From assembly GCA_041492755.1 (NCBI GenBank), contig JBGPXN010000109.1:1-14582 (forward strand): 14,582 bases of DNA, written 5' to 3'. How positions within the stretch are numbered: position 1 is the stretch's first letter; every line of letters begins with the position of its first letter. Positions 10,022 to 14,582 of this stretch are shown piece after piece. The translations under genes were made by a program, and so were the position numbers. A model generated the notes under the pieces. The model saw nothing but the letters and a program-made list of their open reading frames with translations, did no database searches and was not told where the DNA came from. The DNA comes from Candidatus Methylomirabilia bacterium. Lineage in GTDB: Bacteria > Methylomirabilota > Methylomirabilia > Rokubacteriales > CSP1-6.

Positions 10022-10883
10022 GTTCCAGATCCCGGTGCACGACGGTCGGCGCGAACCCGAGGCCGCTCAGGAACCGCTCCAGCTCCTCCACCAGCGCTAC
10101 CGAGCGATGGCGGCCTCCGGTGCATCCCACGGCCACCGTGAGATAGGCCTTGCCCTCGCGCGCGTAGGCGGGCAGCAGGAACTGCAGCAGGTCCTGGAGC
10201 CGTCGCACCAGCTCGCGGCTCTCCGTGTGCTTCATGATGAATTCACGGACACGCGCGTCGCGGCCGTCGAGCGCCCGCAGCTCGTCGACGAAGTGCGGGT
10301 TGGGCAGGAAGCGCACGTCGAAGACGAGGTCGGCGTCGATGGGGATGCCGTGCTTGAAGCCGAACGACACGAGCGACGTCGTCAGCCCCGAGTGCGGGCG
10401 CACCGTCCCGAACAGGGTGACGAGCTGGTCCTTGAACTGGTGGACGTTCAGCGACGAGGTGTCGACCACGCGGTCGGCGAGCTCACGGACGTGCGTGAGC
10501 GCCTTGCGCTCGGCGCGGATGGCGTCGAGCACGTGCCCCTCGCCCGCCAGCGGATGCCGGCGCCGCGTCTCGTGGAAGCGGCGCACGAGCGCCTCGTCGC
10601 TCGCCTCGATGAAGAGCACCTCGACGCTGTGCCGGCGCGCGCGGAGCTCGCCCACCGTTTCCAGGAGGTGCGGCAGGTACTCGCCCATGCGCACGTCGAC
10701 GCCGAGGGCCACTCGTGGAATTTTCTGGGTGGAGCGGACGGCGAGGTCGGCGAAGGTCGGGATGAGCGTGGTGGGCAGGTTGTCGACGCAGAAGAAGCCC
10801 ATGTCCTCGAAGCACTTGATGGCGAAGCTCTTGCCCGCGCCGCTCATGCCGGTGATGACGACGAACGGGATCGTGTCGGGCAT
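10014..10883 (-). CDS. rapZ: RapZ/YvcJ-like P-loop nucleotide-binding protein (RNase adapter family)
   Basis: Walker A GMSGAGKS, EDMGFFCVDNLP, DVR, ETRRRHPL, SFGFKHG, FDVRFLPNPH, GCTGGRHRSV. ATG at 10883 preferred because GGGGA lies upstream; GTG at 10889 is an alternative. Confidence 0.95.
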   Translation of the reverse strand: MPDTIPFVVITGMSGAGKSFAIKCFEDMGFFCVDNLPTTLIPTFADLAVRSTQKIPRVALGVDVRMGEYLPHLLETVGELRARRHSVEVLFIEASDEALVRRFHETRRRHPLAGEGHVLDAIRAERKALTHVRELADRVVDTSSLNVHQFKDQLVTLFGTVRPHSGLTTSLVSFGFKHGIPIDADLVFDVRFLPNPHFVDELRALDGRDARVREFIMKHTESRELVRRLQDLLQFLLPAYAREGKAYLTVAVGCTGGRHRSVALVEELERFLSGLGFAPTVVHRDLERE

Positions 10884-10904
10884 GGTCACGTCCCCGCGCC
10901 GCGG

Positions 10905-12362
10905 TCAGCGACGCCGCGGAGCGAGGCGGCGCTGGTGCGACGGCAGGATCCCGAGCTCTTCGCGGTACTTGGCCACCGTCCGCCGGGCGATCACGAGGGC
11001 GCGGCCCTTGAGGATCTGCGCCACTTCCTGGTCCGACAGCGGCTTGGACGGGTCCTCGTTGGCGAGCAGGTCCTGGATCATCTTCTTCACCGAGACGGAT
11101 GACACCATCTCGCCGTCGCCGGAGGCGATGCCGCTGTGGAAGAAGAACTTCAGCTCGAAGAGGCCCTGGGGCGTCTCCACGTACTTGTTGGTGGTGACCC
11201 GGCTGATCGTCGACTCGTGCATCCCGATGTCTTCGCCGACGTCGCGCAGGGACAGCGGCCGCAGGTGGGGCAGCCCCTTGTCCAGGAAGTCGCGCTGGAA
11301 CTTCACGATCGACTGGGTCACCTTGCGGAGCGTCCGCTGCCGCTGGTCCACGCTCTTGATGAGCCACACCGCGGAGCGCAGCTTCTGCTCCACGTACTGC
11401 TTGGCCTCGTCGCCCGAGTTGCGGAGCAGAGAGCGGTAGAGGGAGTTCACGCGCAGCCGCGGGATGCCGTCTTCGTTCAGCACGACCACGTACTCGTTGC
11501 CCATCTTGTGGACGACCACGTCGGGGATGATGTAGCGCGACTCGTTGCCGCCGAAGCGCCGGCCCGGCTTGGGCTCGAGCCCCATGATCTCCTCGATCGA
11601 TTCCATGATCCGGTCGAGGGAGAGCTTGAGGGCGCGGGCGATGTCCGGATAGCGGCGCCGGGAGAGGTTGTCGAAGTGCTGCTCGACGATCTCGACCGAC
11701 ACGGGATCGGGATTGGGGTCCGCCCTGAGCTGGATGAGCAGGCACTCGCGGATGTCGCGCGCGGCCACCCCGGGCGGATCGAAGGTCTGCACGAGGGTGA
11801 GCGCCCGCTCCACGTCCTCGACGGCGCATTCGCAGCGCTTGGCGATCTCCTCGAGCTCCGCGCGCAGGTAGCCGTCCTCGTCGAGGTTGCCGATGATCTC
11901 GTCGCCGATCCGGCGCATGAGCGGGTCCTCGGTGCCGAAGCGCAGCTGCTCGTCGAGGTAGTCCGACAGCGTGGAGATGGATCGGAGCATGTTCTCGAAG
12001 GGCAGCTCGTCGCGGTCTTCCTGCGCGACCAGGGACCGCTCCTCGTGGTCGTCGAACATGACGGCCGTGAGGTCGAAGGGCAGGTCGTCGGTGCCGCGCT
12101 CGCTCTCTTCGCGGGGCGGCTCCGTCGCGGGCGGGGGCTCCGTCGGCGTCGTGGGCGCTTCCCCGGGCGCCGGCGCCTCCGTGCTGGCCTCGGTGGGCTC
12201 GGTGGGGATTTCCTCGAGCAGCGGGTTCTCGAGGATCTCCGCCTGCACCACCTCCTGCAGCTCGAGGGTGGACAGCTGCAAGAGCTGGATGGCCTGCTGC
12301 AGCAGCGGGGTCATGACCAGCCGCTGGGTCTGCCGAAGCGACAGCCGGGTTTCCATTGGCAT
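10905..12362 (-). CDS. rpoN: RNA polymerase sigma-54 factor
   Basis: Region I (MTPLLQQAIQLLQL..ENPLLE), acidic/Pro-rich region II, HTH HESTISRVT, ELKFFF and RpoN box ARRTVAKYRE. Start could be 12362 or 12356. Confidence 0.98.
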   Translation of the reverse strand: MPMETRLSLRQTQRLVMTPLLQQAIQLLQLSTLELQEVVQAEILENPLLEEIPTEPTEASTEAPAPGEAPTTPTEPPPATEPPREESERGTDDLPFDLTAVMFDDHEERSLVAQEDRDELPFENMLRSISTLSDYLDEQLRFGTEDPLMRRIGDEIIGNLDEDGYLRAELEEIAKRCECAVEDVERALTLVQTFDPPGVAARDIRECLLIQLRADPNPDPVSVEIVEQHFDNLSRRRYPDIARALKLSLDRIMESIEEIMGLEPKPGRRFGGNESRYIIPDVVVHKMGNEYVVVLNEDGIPRLRVNSLYRSLLRNSGDEAKQYVEQKLRSAVWLIKSVDQRQRTLRKVTQSIVKFQRDFLDKGLPHLRPLSLRDVGEDIGMHESTISRVTTNKYVETPQGLFELKFFFHSGIASGDGEMVSSVSVKKMIQDLLANEDPSKPLSDQEVAQILKGRALVIARRTVAKYREELGILPSHQRRLAPRRR

Positions 12363-12379
12363 AGGTGTCTTCCGTTCTG

Positions 12380-13102
12380 CTAGAGGGAAAACCGCTCGCC
12401 CAGATAGATCTCCCGGGCGGTCGGATTGTTGGCGATCTCGGAGGCCGTCCCCGAAATCAGGATCTTGCCGCTGTACACGATATAGGCGCGATCGGTGATG
12501 GCCAGGGTCTCGCGGACGTTGTGATCCGTGATGAGGATCCCGATCCCCTTCTCGCGCAGGCGGCCGATGATCTGCTGGATGTCGGCAATGGCGATCGGAT
12601 CGATACCGGTGAAGGGCTCGTCCAGAAGCAGGTACTGGGGCGACGTGACCAGCGCCCGCGTGATCTCGAGCCGGCGGCGCTCCCCGCCCGACAGCGTATA
12701 GGCGGGATACGGGGCCAGCGCGGTGAGATCGAGCTCGGCGAGCAGCTCGCGCGCGCGGTCGCGGCGCTCCGAGCGGCCGAGGTCCAGCGTCTCGAGGATG
12801 GCGAGCAGGTTCTCCTCCACGGTCAGCTTCCGGAACACGGAAGACTCCTGGGGCAGATACCCCACGCCGAGCCGGCAGCGCTGATACATGGGGAGCGCGG
12901 TGATCTCTTGCCCCTCGAGGAAGATGCGACCCCCGTCGGCGGCGAGCAGGCCTACGATCATGTAGAACGACGTGGTCTTGCCCGCGCCGTTGGGCCCGAG
13001 CAGGCCGACGACCTCGCCGCGCTGGATGTCCACGGAAATGTTATCGACCACCTTGCGGTGTTTGAACCATTTTTCCAGCCCCTGCGCGATGAGCCCTTCC
13101 AT
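12380..13102 (-). CDS. lptB: LPS export ABC transporter ATP-binding protein
   Basis: [59 protein letters not shown]. Canonical position upstream of rpoN. Confidence 0.97.
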   Translation of the reverse strand: MEGLIAQGLEKWFKHRKVVDNISVDIQRGEVVGLLGPNGAGKTTSFYMIVGLLAADGGRIFLEGQEITALPMYQRCRLGVGYLPQESSVFRKLTVEENLLAILETLDLGRSERRDRARELLAELDLTALAPYPAYTLSGGERRRLEITRALVTSPQYLLLDEPFTGIDPIAIADIQQIIGRLREKGIGILITDHNVRETLAITDRAYIVYSGKILISGTASEIANNPTAREIYLGERFSL

Positions 13103-13112
13103 TCAGCTCAGC

Positions 13113-13805
13113 TCAGTTCACACAGGTCGTCGGTGTCGAAGGCTTGGCGACGGCGGTACCCGCGGCGGCCGCCGTCGCCGTCCCGGCGGCGGTGGCCGGG
13201 CCCGCCGGCACGGCAGGCTTGCCGTCGTTCTTGTTCTTGTCGTCCTTGGAGTAGAAGACGGCTTTGACGCGCTCTTGCTTGCCGCTCTGGACGACCGATC
13301 GGTCCTGGGCGAGGAAGATGGTGATGACGTCGCCGCTCACCACGTTGTCCTCCTGCCACACCCGGGCGCTGCCGATGAGGACCATGCGCTGCTCCAGGTC
13401 ATAGTACTCCGCGCGCTTGGCGGTGCCCGTCTTGCAGTCCCGGGTGATGATCCGCACCGAGCCGGTGGAGATCGTTCGAAGGATGCGGTCGCCCTTCTCG
13501 TCGAGGTACACCTCCATGCGGTCGGCGAATTGTACGGAGTTGTTCTGACGGGCGACCACGTTGCCGACGAAGATGATGAGGCTCTCTTTGCCGTATCGCT
13601 CCATGCGATCGGCATCGACGGTCACCGGTTGGCCGTCCTTTTTGTCCTCTTTGGCCGGACGGGGCTCGGGCGGCCGCGCTTCGGCGGGCCGGGCATCGCC
13701 CGGCTTCGTGCCAGGAGGGCCCGAAGGCGCCTGGGCGAACGCGGGGACGACGAGAAGCGCCAGGCCCAAGCCCAGGCCCAGGCGCACCACCGCCCGCCGT
13801 CTCAT
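13113..13805 (-). CDS. lptA: LptA/OstA-family periplasmic LPS transport protein
   Basis: ATG at 13805 forms an ATGA overlap with the lptC stop. Sec-type signal peptide (MRRR..LALLVVPAFA-QA), OstA-like core (PVTVDADRME, FVGNVVARQ, AEYYD, LIGSARVWQ, GDVITI, RVKAVF), and synteny between lptC and lptB. Confidence 0.88.
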   Translation of the reverse strand: MRRRAVVRLGLGLGLALLVVPAFAQAPSGPPGTKPGDARPAEARPPEPRPAKEDKKDGQPVTVDADRMERYGKESLIIFVGNVVARQNNSVQFADRMEVYLDEKGDRILRTISTGSVRIITRDCKTGTAKRAEYYDLEQRMVLIGSARVWQEDNVVSGDVITIFLAQDRSVVQSGKQERVKAVFYSKDDKNKNDGKPAVPAGPATAAGTATAAAAGTAVAKPSTPTTCVN

Positions 13806-14356
13806 CGGTTCTTGCGCCCTGGGAAAGTCGCGTGGACACGCCCTTGCACGGTCGTCGTCTCTTCGTCCATCTGCACGTCGAGGCCCTTGCCGTCGATGAC
13901 CGTGCCATCCCGGAAGATGCGGACCGGCACGTCGGTCCACAGACGTTTGTCGTGGGCTTGCCACCGGAGCACGGTGGTCTCGATGCGGAGGCCATCGTCG
14001 GAGGTGAGAACGACGTTGCGTCGGATCTCGACGTCCTTGCTGTCCTGGTACAGATCGCCCTCCTCGCCGACGACGGTCCAGGAGCGGTCGCGCTCGAGGA
14101 CGCGGATATTCGGCTTGCGCAGGGCGGTCCGACCCTCGTTGTCGTAGATCAGCGCCTGGTCGGCGATGAGCTGCCAGCGCACCCCGCTGGACTCCTCTTC
14201 CTCCAGCCGAACCTCCTTGATGACGAGGTCGGCCGAGGAGGGGCGCGGACCGACGGATTCCACGCGGGCAGCCCGACTCCGGACGACGAGCATGACGCCC
14301 ACCGCCACGACGAACAGGACCACGACGATCAGGATGCGCTGTGCTAGACGGTGCAT
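13802..14356 (-). CDS. lptC: LPS export protein LptC
   Basis: MHRLAQR followed by a single N-terminal TM helix, then beta-jellyroll-like sequence (WQLIADQA, NVVLTSDDG, TDVPVRI, GKGLDV). Synteny with lptA/lptB. The ORF-track extension to 14449 is not supported. Confidence 0.87.
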   Translation of the reverse strand: MHRLAQRILIVVVLFVVAVGVMLVVRSRAARVESVGPRPSSADLVIKEVRLEEEESSGVRWQLIADQALIYDNEGRTALRKPNIRVLERDRSWTVVGEEGDLYQDSKDVEIRRNVVLTSDDGLRIETTVLRWQAHDKRLWTDVPVRIFRDGTVIDGKGLDVQMDEETTTVQGRVHATFPGRKNR

Positions 14357-14365
14357 GTCGGCAAG

Positions 14366-14383
14366 CTGCAAATTCAATACCAG
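14366..14383 (-). promoter_or_regulatory. Putative sigma54 (-24/-12) binding site/promoter
   Basis: Minus strand CTGGTATTGAATTTGCAG: GG (14381-14380), exactly 10 nt, GC (14369-14368), compared with consensus TGGCAC-N5-TTGC(A/T). Confidence 0.6.
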
Positions 14384-14392
14384 CCTATCACA
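14382..14392 (-). promoter_or_regulatory. Putative sigma70 extended -10 element upstream of lptC
   Basis: Minus strand TGTGA-TAGGCT (TGn plus TANNNT). No convincing -35; a T7 tract lies further upstream (14411-14417). Confidence 0.45.
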
Positions 14393-14510
14393 GCGAGCGT
14401 AGACACCAGGAAAAAAACGTCCCAGCCGCCGATCGGAACACTCGAGCAAGGAGCGCCACGGCAGAGCACGAAGAGCCCTGGGGGCCGAGGAGTGGCCGGC
14501 GGTGGCGGGC

Positions 14511-14582
14511 CCACCCCGGGGGGGGGGGGGGGGGGGCGATCGGGGCCCCCCCCCGGGTGAAAAAAAAAAAAGAAACTCGTAA
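14511..14582. other. Low-complexity homopolymer end, probable sequencing/assembly artefact
   Basis: Runs of about 19 G, 9 C and 12 A within 70 nt of the window end, unlike anything else in the window. Confidence 0.7.

Noticed and set aside
13806..13964. Upstream extension of lptA
   Set aside because: It overlaps lptC out of frame, and the signal peptide begins at the ATG at 13805.
14374..14510. Possible 3' end of an upstream minus-strand gene (..GLFVLCRG..STLAVIGWY-stop)
   Set aside because: It is short, has mixed codon usage and no recognisable motif, and runs into unreliable homopolymer sequence. It cannot be supported, though it is not excluded.
14511..14582. G-quadruplex, phase-variable poly-G tract or terminator (CACCCCGGGG../..CCCCGGGTG plus A-run)
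   Set aside because: Consecutive G, C and A homopolymers at the very end of the sequence are most simply a low-quality read end. Read-level support would be needed first.

Overview
This is a very GC-rich (roughly 70% by eye) diderm bacterial window of mostly housekeeping genes. The intergenic repeat style and gene content suggest Candidatus Rokubacteria/Methylomirabilota, which is an unverified impression. The plus strand carries two tandem short-chain dehydrogenases, the first 5'-truncated. The minus strand carries a long co-oriented run: lptC-lptA-lptB-rpoN-rapZ-GH57 (alpha-amylase/4-alpha-glucanotransferase)-bifunctional PGI/PMI, then metK-ahcY-UPF0182 behind a probable internal sigma70 promoter. 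Three signals stand out. (1) A correctly spaced sigma54 -24/-12 site upstream of the operon that encodes sigma54, overlapping an extended -10, with its predicted +1 on the A of the lptC ATG. (2) Two structured GC-rich intergenic elements with the same architecture, each directly after a TGA stop and flanked by a short TGA-containing direct repeat, suggesting a stop-codon-associated miniature mobile or REP-like family. (3) An rpoN-rapZ locus without hpf/PTS genes, with rapZ translationally coupled to glucan and sugar-phosphate enzymes. The last ~70 nt look like a low-quality contig end. No CRISPR array, tRNA, rRNA or transposase was seen.
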